Source: Octopus sinensis (taxonomy: Eukaryota). From it: a DNA stretch of 64,000 bases. The stretch is taken from NCBI RefSeq assembly GCF_006345805.1, contig NC_043001.1:87234001-87298000 (forward strand), written 5' to 3'. The position numbers and the translations under genes are program-made. A model generated the notes under the pieces. The model worked only from the letters and a program-made list of their open reading frames with translations, did no database searches and was not told the origin of the DNA. Below are positions 14,852 through 27,361 of this stretch, piece after piece. Numbering within the stretch: position 1 is the first letter of the stretch; every line of letters begins with the position of its first letter.

Positions 14852-15067
14852 TTAAGAGGATAGAATGTGATTTGAAGGAATATGACTGTTATTACTAGCA
14901 AATTGATTGACCAAATAGATGCTCTCTCATTTTTTGGCTTAAGTGCCTTGATTATAGACACAGCATTCTGTGTTGACTTAGAAAATTTTAAACTAGCAAG
15001 CAACTCCTTAATCTAACTAGCTCTATTTTTAGGCAATGTTCTATCATCATATCACTTTATACCTGAC

Positions 15068-15215
15068 TCAGTACTCTGCCTATCACTATTGTACAACTAA
15101 ATCAATATTCTGTCTATCACTACTCTACAACTGAGTCAGTATTCAGTCGAGTACAACTCTACAACTGTCAGTACGCTGTCTGTTACAAATCTGCTCTCAA
15201 GTCAGTATTCTGTTG
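15068..15215. repeat. Degenerate ~34-bp minisatellite (about 4-5 units)
   Basis: Recurring tcagta(c/t)tctg.ctatcacta.tctacaactg motif. Confidence 0.6.
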
Positions 15216-15380
15216 AATAGAACTTCCTATTTTCAGTAAGTGTACACAAGGGTTTACTTTGTAAGGCTGGTTTCTTACCAGCAACCTCCCAAACATTTCC
15301 AGACTCTGCTTTCACTTTTAATATCTCAATTATTGTTCAGTCATCAATATTAAGGTATATGGAATATAAAACTGAATATA

Positions 15381-16164
15381 CAAGGTCTGATCAATAAGTA
15401 TCCAGACTATTGTCATAGTAATGAAGCTAAAGCATGCAGAATGAAGCCGTTTGACACAGACTGACCTTGAACTCTGCTGTGCATTTGCACTAAGTTTTAT
15501 TATTCTTGCTTGCTTCTGCTGTTTACAGCAGTGCTTGGAAGGAAGGTGTGTAGTGTGTGATTGTTGCATTAACCGTGACAGAGAAAGTTGAGCAGAGAAT
15601 CTGCATGAAATTTTGGCAAAAGCTTGGCAATACCTGCTCAGAGGCCTGCACAAAGTATTCAAAAGGTTTTCATCATTCTCAACACATTCAAGGAGATCTT
15701 GTGCAACTGAAAACCCAAGTGCCTTTTTGGTCAGCTGAAAGCAGAAGTTAAAGAATAAATCATGCTGCATGCACATCTGCAATGTTTTTCTCATTTCTGC
15801 CGGTTGCAGGTCTCCCAGAACGTTCGTTAATATCGACATTTTTTAGCCATCATGGAAACATCTGAACCACTCGTACACTTGTGTGCAGCTCATACACTCC
15901 TCTCCATAAGCTTTCTGTAACTTTACATAAGTCTCTGAGCGGGTATCACCATGACAGCTTTCTCTGTCATGGTCAATGCGACAATCAAACACTACACACC
16001 TTCCTTCCAAGCACTGCTGTAAACAGCAGAAGTGAGCTAGAACATTAAAACTTAGTGCACATGCACAGCAGAGTTCAAGGTCAATCATTGCCAAGCAGCT
16101 TCACTCTGTGTGCTTTAGCTTCGTTACTATGGCAACAGTCCAGATACTTATTGATCAGACCTCA
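15381..16164. mobile_element. Non-autonomous mariner derivative built from two inverted 5' ends
   Basis: TA|CAAGGTCTGATCAATAAGTATCC...GATACTTATTGATCAGACCTCA|TA. Transposase N-terminal helix-turn-helix text occurs on both strands (EQRICMKFWQKLG on +; ETYVKLQKAYGEECMSCTQVYEWF on -). Confidence 0.8.
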
Positions 16165-16360
16165 TATTAATATTAAAAAAAAAAACTTGTTTAGTCTATT
16201 GGTTACAAATTAGTAGTATTTTCTTGTAACTTTCAAATTTACTGCATATCTCCTTTTTCTTTCTGGTTAAATCTTGTTTTAAAATATTTTTTGCTTATAT
16301 CTTCTCTTTTTTTTACACCATATGGTTAGAGAAGTAAAATTAATTTTACTATTACACATA

Positions 16361-16750
16361 AGGAGTGGCTGTGTGGTAAGTAGCTTGCTTACCAACCACA
16401 TGGTTCCGGGTTCAGTCACACTGCATCGCACCTTGGGCAAGTGTCTTCTACTATAGCCTCGGGCCAACCAAAGCCTTGTGAGTGGATTTGGTAGACAGAA
16501 ACTGAAAGAAGCCCGTCGTGTATATGTATATATATATGTGTGTGTTTGTGTGTCTGTGTTTGTCCCCCCAACATCGCTTGACAACTGATGCTGGCGTGTT
16601 TACGTCCCTCGTAACTTAGTGGTTCGGTAAAAGAGACCAATAGAATAAGTACTAGGCTTACAAAGAATAAGTCCTGGGGTCGATTTGCTCAACTAAAGGC
16701 AGTGCTCCAGCATGGCCACAGTCAAACGACTGAAACAAGTAAAGAGTAAA
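16361..16750 (+). mobile_element. Full-length tRNA-derived SINE (family B)
   Basis: A-box-like gtgtggtaag, B-box-like gggttcagtc, central (TA/TG) tract, 3' end aaacaagtaaagagtaaa. Many partial copies in the window. Confidence 0.85.
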
Positions 16751-17879
16751 CTCAATGGGAAGATTACTTCTGTTTTTGTTTTGCAACTGTATATTGCACT
16801 CATTTTGGATGTATTTATCAGTGAACTTTTTTTTTGATGAGCATCCATTTTTGGCGATATCATCATTCACACACACACGCACATACACACACACATCTTG
16901 AATAATTGGGACAACAATCAATTAATGATGACATAGCCAAAAGTGGATACTTATCTTAAAAGAATAAATGTTTACTGATAAACATATTAATATATATATA
17001 AAATCATTGTATGCTGGCATGAATTGGATGGCCAATGAACCAGAGGGCTTCACTAAGCTCCAACATACATACATTCATGTATACACATACATATTGTGTG
17101 TATACATTTAGTGGTCCAAATGGCTGAAACCAGAAAAATAGTAATTTGTAAATAATCAGGGTTTATTGTGTAGGTAGTTGAGTGAAGGATCTAATTATAA
17201 TTCATGTTTTAAATTGTTATTTTTGGCATATTTCTTTGTTTCTGAAGTAGAAGTCCAGTAGAAGTGGAGGTATGATACCAGCATGTCAACAAAATCACTT
17301 GATTATAAACAGCAGCCTATCATTATGCGAAAGTTGTTATAAATATAACCTTTTTATTTTTTATATATATTTTCTCTAATCTTTCAAGTGTCCTCACCTA
17401 ACCAGTCTGCCCTCCTCCACTAGTCTTTCCCCACCCTTGGCAGTTTTGTTGTTGAGTGTCTGTAGTCTTTTGACATTATCATTCAGTCAAAAGGTTGGTG
17501 ATTACATTGGGAGTAGAGGAAGTAGTACACAATATCCAAAAGAGGGCTGTAAAAATATGTTTACATGTAATGGATGTCAGCCATCTTTATGGTCACCATT
17601 TGTTGTGGCTGCTAGATAAATCACCCTCCCTGCTGCCCCTTGGCCAAGAAAACAATCTAAATTGTCAAGTCACTAGGTTCTACTACAGTAGTGTTGATAC
17701 CTTGTGATTTAATGTGATGGTGGGGTTGGGGCTTAGTGCTACAGGAGTTTGTAGGAGGTGGGGCGTAGACAGGGGGACAAGATAATTTGATTTATTCTTT
17801 AACTTCTAAAAACAACTTCTGTTATTGCTATTGTTTTTTTTATGGAATTTTGTGTCTACATGTGCATCTGTGTGTGTGT

Positions 17880-18235
17880 GTATAGGCACAGACATAGCTG
17901 CAAAAGAACTTTGCTTCCGAAACATATAGTTCTGGGTTCAGTCCCACTGCATGACACCTTGAGCAAGTGTCTTCTACTATAGCCCTTGGCCAACCAAAGC
18001 CTTGTGCATGGATTTGGGAAAGGGAAACTGAAAGAAGCCATGCATGTGTTTGTTTGTCCCACCACCACTTGACTACTGGGGTTGGTTTAAGCACCCATAA
18101 CTTAGTGGTTCAGAAAAAGAGACAGAATAAGCACCAGGCTTTTAAAAGATAAATACTTGGGTAATTCATTTGACTGAAAACCCTTGAGGTAAGTGCCCCA
18201 GCATGGCCCGAGGCCAATGACTGACACACATGAAA
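17880..18235 (+). mobile_element. tRNA-derived SINE (family B), diverged
   Basis: Colinear similarity to 16361-16750. Confidence 0.7.
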
Positions 18236-19197
18236 GATATGTATTGCAAGATTCTTGATGTGAAATTGTTGAAACAAATGTAGTATCTTGGGAGGGTCAT
18301 TTAGCCAATAAAATTCTACACACTAATCTTATTTTGCTCCTTTTTATGAACTGGCAGAATTATTAGTACCTTTCATTCCTCTAGGGGCTCAATGAAAAAA
18401 AAGTACCTGTCAAGTACTGGGGTTGATATAATCAACTAGCCTTCTCCCCACAAAATGACTGACCTTGTGTCAAAATTAGAATTATTTTTACTGAAGTAGT
18501 TAACCAATTAACTAATAAACTAATAAGTTGCACGGCTAGTTGTTTTATCAGTTGGTTTGTCAGTCTGTTTATCATAATTTGTGATACTCTGTGGTGGACC
18601 TGGAGCAAATTCTCATTGCATATCATTGATGAGGTCACAAATGTTGATGCAAAAACTCCGACAAAGCAGCTGATTGATCAATTGAGCGAATGATTAGTCA
18701 CACAGTTGCTTAGTTAGTAATTACCTTGTCAATTATTAGTGATTTCTTATTTAGGCTCAAGCTAGTAATATTGACGGAAGAAGGTTAGTTAAAACCATCA
18801 GCACCAGTACTTTATTGGTATTTTATTTTATTGACCCAAGAGAGAGAAAAAGCAAAGTTGACCTAGTAGGATTTGAACTTAATACAGAATGCTGAAAGAA
18901 ATGCCACAAGGCATTTTTCCTCTTTCCCTAATGATTTTGTAAATTCTGGTTGATTAATAACAATAAACAAGTGAAATAACAGGATATCTGTGTGTGTGTG
19001 TGTGTGTGTATGTGTGTGAGAGAGAGAGAGAGATTCTGTATCAGCACGTGTTTGTATTCATAGACTCATCAATTTGAAGCATTCTATAGAGATGTTAAAC
19101 ATGTAGAAATGCATCTAAAGATTACAGCAAGGGGACAGTATTTCTTTTGGTTAGCATTGTGTGTATAGGGAGTGAGATGTGTACTCACATGCACAGG

Positions 19198-19248
<51 letters not shown>

Positions 19249-19294
19249 CAAAATAAAGTTGTAAGGTACCGCACAAGTGGAAATATATATGAAA

Positions 19295-19523
19295 GAAGGT
19301 TTGAAAATGTAATTTTAAAGATGTTTATTCACTTGACCAGTTTTACTTTTTTAGAAAAAGATTGTCAAAAGTAAAATGTAAAGCTTTGTTGTGTTAAGTA
19401 CTGGTTGTCACAAAAGTATTAAAATACAGTTGTACATTCTTTGATAATAATAAAATGTTAAAACCAGTTTACAAGAAAGTATTCAGCAAAAAGTATTATG
19501 AATTCAATAAAAATAATGTTTTG

Positions 19524-19575
<52 letters not shown>

Positions 19576-19820
19576 TACCGAACATTATTTTTATTGAATT
19601 CATAATACTTTTTGTTGAATACTTTCTTGTAAACTATTTTTAACATTTTCTTATTGCTATCAAAGAATGTATAAATGTATTTTAATACTTTTGTGACAAC
19701 CAGTACTAAACACAACAAAGCTTATAGAAAGCTTTACATTTTACTTTTGACAATCTTTTTCTAAAAAAGTGAAACCAGTCAAGTGAATAAACATCTTTAA
19801 AATTGGATTTTCAAACCTTC
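19295..19820. repeat. Long inverted repeat (arms 19295-19520 and 19581-19820) around a (TA)n core
   Basis: The arms are reverse complements with scattered substitutions. (TA)n tracts lie at 19203-19247, 19525-19574 and about 19929-19974. Confidence 0.9.
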
Positions 19821-19924
19821 TCTCTATGCACGCCACTATATTTTTTTTATATAACAGATACAAAAGTAGGACAAGAACACAAAACATCCAGACAATTTTA
19901 TGTATATCTATATCTATCTATCTA

Positions 19925-19977
<53 letters not shown>

Positions 19978-20068
19978 TAAATTAAATTAAATTAGAGATA
20001 AAACCACTATTAGGCAACTCAATCTAATTTTTCCCTGTAAGTTTGAATATACTCCCTAATATTATTAT

Positions 20069-20124
<56 letters not shown>

Positions 20125-20207
20125 GCTTAAGTACCACATTCATCTGAATCAAAATTTTTGCTGAACTCATCTACCATACCCAAATTGTGTCTGTGTTTAT
20201 ATATAAA

Positions 20208-20601
20208 CTAGCAGTATCTCCCGGCGTTGCTCGGGTTTGTAAGGGAAATAACTACATAAGCATTTTTAGAGATGTAAAGTATAATAGCCATCTCAATATG
20301 GCTAACCACAAAGGGGGGTATTACTGTAGCTTTTTACGTTCTGAGATTTAATAATACATTTTTAGAGAGTTACTTCCCTTATATAATAGCAAAAAATGCA
20401 TTAAAAATGGAAAAAAATTATGGTAAATTTTTTTTTAAATCGTAGACTCATCGTAGATGCACGCTAATACCCAGAAGGGCTCGATATGAATTACAACTAT
20501 AAGATACCCGCTTTTGGTTACACTGCTCCGCAAAATGTGGGAGTAGTTAGGAATCTAAATCGTAGGAGACAGACACACAACTTCACTTTTATATATAAAG
20601 A
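20208..20601 (-). mobile_element. Non-autonomous Helitron
   Basis: Minus strand A|TCTTTATATATAAAAG...hairpin CCCGAGCAACGCCGGG...CTAG|T, giving the 5' TC, 3' hairpin plus CTAG, and A|T insertion site. Confidence 0.8.
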
Positions 20602-23315
20602 TATATATATATATATAATGTACAAGCCTGTGTGTGTTCCATATCTTTTTCTAGTATGCATCTAATATTGGATTTGAGGGCTAGAAGTTAGTAAAAGTGA
20701 TGAAAAGGTATTGACAGTGATGTAGCTCTTATATAGGATGGATTGAACACCACATTGCTACTGGAACTTTTTTGATCTGTTGTGTAATCAAAGAAGGGGT
20801 AATCATTGTAGTAATGTGTGTGTGAAGATTTCACATAGACAAAGGCCAAAAACTATAGGGAAGAGATTTAGTTGACTGAATCAAGTACTGGTACTTAGTT
20901 TATGGTCTCATATTTTAGGACCTTACCAATGATAATGATAACATTGTTTCAAATTTTGGCACAAGACCAGTGATTTTGAGGGGAAAAGTTGATTAATCAA
21001 TACCTTTGACCCCAATATTTAACTGGTACCTAATTTTATCACCTCCATAAGGATGAAAGGCAAAGTTGACTTAAGTGGAATTTGAAATCTGAACATAAAG
21101 AGTTGGGCTGGAAGAAATATTGTTAAGCATTCTGTCCAACATGCTAACGATTCTGCCAGCTTGACACACAAGATATTTAGTCTGGCATACTACCACTTCT
21201 GCCATTCCACTACTGTAATGTATATGAAATCTGATCTAACCTGATTGTAAATACTTGTGTCATATTTGATCTCTGATTACCATACGTCATTATCATCAAG
21301 GCTGAATAATGTATTAGTACTGGTGATATTGTATATCCTAGCACAAGTGGTTCTATTTTCCTGCCCTGTATTGCAATTGGTTCCAGTTTGACTTGCAGTG
21401 CGTTAAAGTATATTACCTACAAGACTTCAATCTGGAATTCAATATCTTCATCTCCCCTTTTCCTCCTCTTTCTATAGCTGACCAACCTGCACTGAATCTG
21501 AAAGTGAGATTGTTATCAGGATTGCTTCATATTTTTCTTCACTTGGTTTTTTTTTCTTTCTTTGTTTCAGTAGTTTTTAACATATATGTATATATTTCTT
21601 TATTTCCTTAGTGGGAAGACAATAATATTGTTTTATTAAAACAGATCAATGGAGCTGTTCATACTATTTCATTCGGTTGTTTGCTCTATTGTTTTTAATG
21701 TTTTAAGATCCATATTTATTATGCTGATGTGGATTTCACATAAATCTTCTCATATTTCGGAAATATCAGCAAATGTACAAGTTGGCATGTTGACATGGTG
21801 GTTGCTCCTTCTCCTGTTTATCGATTTGAATTTTCATACCATTTTATGAATCTCTTATTAAGAATGCAGAAATAGCAATTTTGCTAAATTGCCATATTTG
21901 CAGACATATAGGAGCCTTTGAAGGTGAAGTGAATGAAATTCAAATGATACATATTGTGGTGCAATAGCGGAAACTATATTAAATTCTTTTGACTAGGCAC
22001 AAAATGATAAACCAATTTTTATAAGGAAACATTGACCCTAGTGTTCTATTGATCCCTGGGAGATGGAAAATATAATGATTCCAGTGTAAAACAGCAAATA
22101 TATATTGCAAGAGTTACTTAACAAATCAACCATGTCCTGAATATACAATTTGAAAGACTGGAGAAGCCAATCCATTTCAGCCTTTGGTTGACTGCTAAAT
22201 TCTTGTTGTTTGTTAATTGATCAAGTAAAAATTTTTCTTTTCTTTTTTATTAACCAAAATAAACTGAGCTTTTTCTTCTATCTCATGTAATTTAAGAAGG
22301 GAATATTGTCAGAAAATTGCTGTCTTCCAGATTGTTTTTACAACAGTTTTATATATTGATGTGATATTCTAAGTTACATCTCTTGAATGTACTGAAATTT
22401 TTAACAAGTCTTTCTTTTCACCATCAACAAAATGTTTTGTGGAAGTGTGGTTTTAGTGGTTATGACACCTTATTTGACCATAGCCAATTGAATTGAACAT
22501 TTCTCAGCAATTGCAATTCATTAAGCAATTTACTTTTTGCCAACTTTCACTAGATAGACCTCTTTTTCCAGGGATTATAGTCCCTTATTCTATCTACAAA
22601 GGTAACAAAAAAAAAATTAACAAACTATTAAGGAATTATGAAGGCAATTAATAAATATTAAATGCTATTTTCATTAGGCCAATTTAGCAATATTACAAAT
22701 GAAATAGTTTATAATTATTTTTTATGCTAATTTTATTCAGCAGATATTCTGAGGGCTTTTTTTGTCTTTTTTGTATGCTGATATAGGTTTGAATGACTCT
22801 GTTGACATTCATCTGTTTTTTATCAGTGATGTGTGTCTTAATGTCATGCAACCCTACCTCACCATGTCTTCCCTTCCTGCATTCTATGTTTGTCATAAAA
22901 TCTTCTCTGCTCAGAAGATTGGAAATGGACACTGCTTGTATGACAGCCACACTCATTTATAACTATCACATGATGTCAATACAAAGACACACACACAGTA
23001 TAATATATATACCTTGCTGGTAATTTTGGTTATATCCTTTAAGTATCATTTCGTGATGTGCAAACTGATACCATGAGTTTACTTTCAGATATACTCATTA
23101 GGTTATTTTTTGTATTATCTGATATAGAATACCTGCATATCGATTAATCCACCAAAACTGAATCAATATTGACTTTTATCAGATACTTTGTATATCTCTA
23201 GATAAATATATAAATATATGATAAATAAGACCCCAAGATACGATATGTAAATGCATATAATGCTGAAGGATTGTGCCTGATTGATTTGGAAATTTGTTTT
23301 CCAAATTATTTAGAT

Positions 23316-23346
<31 letters not shown>

Positions 23347-23379
23347 TTGAAGAAACTTGTCCAGAAACAGTTGCAGATG

Positions 23380-23860
23380 ACAGAATCTTTTTCTTTGATT
23401 TGCTTTGGTATAATGTTAAATAGGGCAGGGCCTGTTGAGGAAAAGAAATTGTGTTGCAGTGTATTGCGTAAGGAGCGTATGGCTTGTGAACCTAGACTTG
23501 GGTGAATCATGAATTTGATGTTAAGATCATTTGGGCAATGCTAATGGTATATTCTCCACATTGTGCAAATGCTCGTGGCATTATAAAGAATACAGTTTCA
23601 ATATTTTAAGAGTGGTCCCAATAATCAAGATCAGTCATGCTTTTTATTTTTCTAGTACTTGTTCTCTGGGGTGACTCATCTCTTGCACTGTTGTGTTTGG
23701 TGTAGGAGACCACAGATGGTGGCAGTTTTCTAGGTACAGCTGTACAAAGGAGGAGGAAAGGGGAATGATGACATCTTGCTCTCTGAGCTGGACAGTTCTG
23801 AGGAGCCAGCAGTTCATCTTGCAAGCCATATCGACTCATTGTTGATGTGAGTACTTCAGC
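23380..23860 (-). mobile_element. Decayed CR1-type LINE RT C-terminal fragment
   Basis: ACKMNCWLLRTVQ...YLENCHHLWSP...DYWDHLKILKLYSL matches the CR1 pattern (ARKM.GWILRTF...HLEYC..LWSP...YWERLK.L.LYSL). Confidence 0.65.
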
Positions 23861-23879
23861 TGAGATTGTTGTCTACTAT

Positions 23880-24098
23880 TTATTTATTTATTTATTGTCC
23901 ACAAGGGGCTAAACATAGATGGGACAAGCAAAGACAAAGGGATTAAGTCGATTACATCAACCCCAGTGCATAACTGGTACTTTATTTATCAACCCCGAAA
24001 GGATGAAAGGCAAAGTCAACCTCAGCGGAATTTGAACTCAGAACGTAATGGCAGACGAAATACCACTAAGCATTTCGCCCAGCGTGCTAACGATTCTA
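23880..24098 (-). mobile_element. CORE-type tRNA SINE (family C)
   Basis: Reverse-complement match to 63595-63814, including ttgcctttcatcctttcggggt.gataaa..aagtaccag. Confidence 0.8.
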
Positions 24099-27000
24099 AG
24101 TCCCTAATATTATTGGATGTTGTGTGTGAGTAGTTTCGTTGAAGGAAGAGAATATGTTACTTGAACACATTCTCTTTCCCAAAGTGCATCAGTTAAAATT
24201 TTCCCTCGGTATATTTATGCCTGGTAATTTACCTTAATGGTTCTAAAGAGATGAAATACAGAGACAATTCTAATGAGGTTTGAACTCAGAACATGCAAAA
24301 ATAACACTAAATATTCCTCACTAAATCATTTTGTGCATCATCATTCTTCTAATCTTTTACAAGTATGTTCTAGTTAAGGTATTGTTGTCACTCTTCAATA
24401 TACTTTTGAGTCGGTGTTGGGGGAGGGAGAGTTTTATATCCCTAACTTATCAGTTCAAATCCTATCAAGGTCAGCTTTGCCTTTTATCCTTTCATAGTCA
24501 ATAAAATTATTCTCAACATTCACAAAGTATAAAATCAACACATTATCTAAGAGGCATAAATGTTTATCTTTCCCATCACACCCAATGATGCTTCTCTATA
24601 TATTTATATAGTGTTGTGTGGGTGTGTGTTTAATTCCAACATACATATAAGTAAATTGACTGGTGATTTAAGGAGTTTGTATTTTTACTGGTTGCAGAGG
24701 TAATTTATAGAAAGTTTAAATCATGATTTCCTCAATTTCATGCTGTGGGAAAGTGACCTTTTAATTATATCACACATTTTTTTTTTTTTTTTATGGCTTA
24801 TCTAAACTTTGATGAGTCATTGGCCCTTACTATAACATTTCAGAAACAAAATTCTGTGACTGATATAGTGAACGTGTTTCATATGGAATTGTTTGTTGGT
24901 GGAAAAATGTGAAGGAAATCAGTTAGGCTTTTGTTTGTGATATGGTTCCAGTTATTTATCTATACATCTTCATCTAAACTAGTTTGTTTCACATAGTTTT
25001 TACTTCTTTCTGCTAATAGTTCTGCTGGAGAATTAAACAATTCATACCTCTTAATAACAAAGATCATCAACATCGTTTTTTTACATCCATTTCTTCATGC
25101 TGGCATGGGTTAGGCAAAACTTATTGAAACAGATTTTCTACAGCTGCATGTTTTCCAGTCACCTAGCTCCCACTTGTTTTTAAAAAAATTGGCATTTTCC
25201 ATTCCACTGCTTTACATGTGTCCACTGTACTACAGGAAATTTGTGTATTAGAGAATGTGAACAATATCACTGTTTTCTTTTCTTTTTTTTTACTAACACA
25301 GTGAGGACACATGGAGTTAATATTCACACATGTGCTCTCACTCACTCACACAACACACATGTTTTAATACAGTTTCCATGTACCTGTTCCACTCACAAGG
25401 CATTGACCAGACTGAGGCTATAGTTCTTCTGCTATGACACATGGCCAAGATGCCATGTAGTGGGACTAAACCCAAAAGCACTTGGTTACAAAATATTATA
25501 TAAAATCCATTCTGTCTGTCTGAGTGTGTGCCTTCTAGGTTCTCGGGCATCCTCCATCTGATTGTGCTCAAATTTGATATGTAGATACCAACGGTATCAG
25601 GGCGTGTATAAGTCTTGAAAAAATTACAAAAATTGATTCCAGGTGAGAATGCAATCGATAAAGTGAATAAAATCGTTTTTCTTTGGAATAGAAAAAAAGT
25701 CTATCTTTATTTCTTCTTTTGCTGGTGTCTCAAATTTAGGTTAAATCAGTGTTTCTCAAAGGGGACACCTATGGGATGGTTGGACAAGTTGTTTTGAGAA
25801 AATTTGGTTTAAATGTTTGACAACTCAGCACCGTCCATTGGACAGGGGGTGTTTTGCTCGTACTTCATAACCACACAGCCATGTCTGCACTTGTAGTGTT
25901 TAATTTTTTAGGTTGCTTACTGATAGTACATTATAGAATATATCAGTTGAAAGTGAGAGAATCTCCAGCTGTCTTGTTAAATGGTATGAAGTGGTAAACA
26001 CACTGCAGGTTTTCTCAAACAAATTAACTTAAAGATTAGAGTTAGTCTGGGTCTTAGGGGGAATTCACATCAAGCTGAGTAAAATGAGAGTAAATTTACA
26101 AATCTAATCACAGACTAACATACATGTTGTTCTATCTACCTCCAAATTACCACATTACAACACAATTTAACTCAAAGCAGACTAGGGCCCCAAACAAAAA
26201 ATTCTAACATAGGCCTTCACTTAAAAGAAACACTATCCAAAAATTTAATATTAAAATTTTTTCTAACTTCCAACTATATGAAATGGGTATGAGATGTGAC
26301 TAGATCTGTGTAAGATTCTCTGGAATTATGACCAAATCTAATATTTCTGTTTAAGATACAACTATCTTTATAGTGGAAACATTCCTTGGTTCTTGGCTCC
26401 TCATCACTAGACTGCCAGTACATATGCTATTGACACCAGGCTAAAATTTCTTGCAGGAAAACTAAGCACTCAATCGAACCAGCATTTCCAGCCACAGGCT
26501 AACACTTAAGAAGGAAAAAAAGAACCTGCCCCATCTGCCACACTTCATATTAAAATTTTTGCTTAATTTTTTTGTCCCTAAAATTTAAATTCTGTATAAC
26601 TTACTCCCCCTCCCCGTCTTTTCTCTAGTCTGGAAAGTCTATGGATACTCGCCCTGTCTCTCTACACTAACTTAAATGCTGAAATATGAAGAAATTGCAA
26701 GTGAATAGTGTCAATGTCTCAACAAACCACTGAGATGTTTGTCATGTTTTACTGTAACATTAATAATTTTTTTTTTTTTAAGTATTATCCATTACTTTCT
26801 TTTGAATGGTGTTATGAAGATTTTCCAAGAAAGCTGTAAACTCTAATTCCTTAGTCATTAAGTATCATCCAAACCTAGCATCATTTCCCTTTAGATACTA
26901 TTTATATCTTGAAGTACTTTTATTCTCCTCATTACAATTAATTCACCAATAAACATCACTATTTGAATTGTCATCATTTTTTATAACTTTTTATGGTAAA

Positions 27001-27300
27001 CTTAACATCTATATTTCACGGAAATCCTGTTTTCTTGCTTTGCTCTCCAGATCCTGGAAGATTTCTCGTTTGTATAAATTGCCTCTTCCATCTTGAAATA
27101 ATCAGACTTAGAAAACAGCCTATTGATTGAACATGACAGGAGATAACGTTAGTATGAGAGTCCCTACTTTAGATTTAGTGAGGAAATGGCTAGCTAAAAA
27201 CCGGATAACTGCTATGACGCTAACTCACCAATCCTACTTTGATTTACCTCTACATGCTCCTGTAAATATGTTTAGTAATTCTTGATTTTGTCTTTTTCAG

Positions 27301-27361
27301 AAAGCTCGATCATTGCCTGGCACCCCAGCAGATGAAATGCAGCATAGCTTTCACTCTCAAG
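27301..27361 (+). CDS. FAM107: FAM107 exon (KARSLPGTPADEMQHSFHSQ+), possibly partly 5' UTR
   Basis: Acceptor ttttgtctttttcag|, donor |gtaaga. Phase 1 joins to give E-N-I-F in the next exon. Confidence 0.7.
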
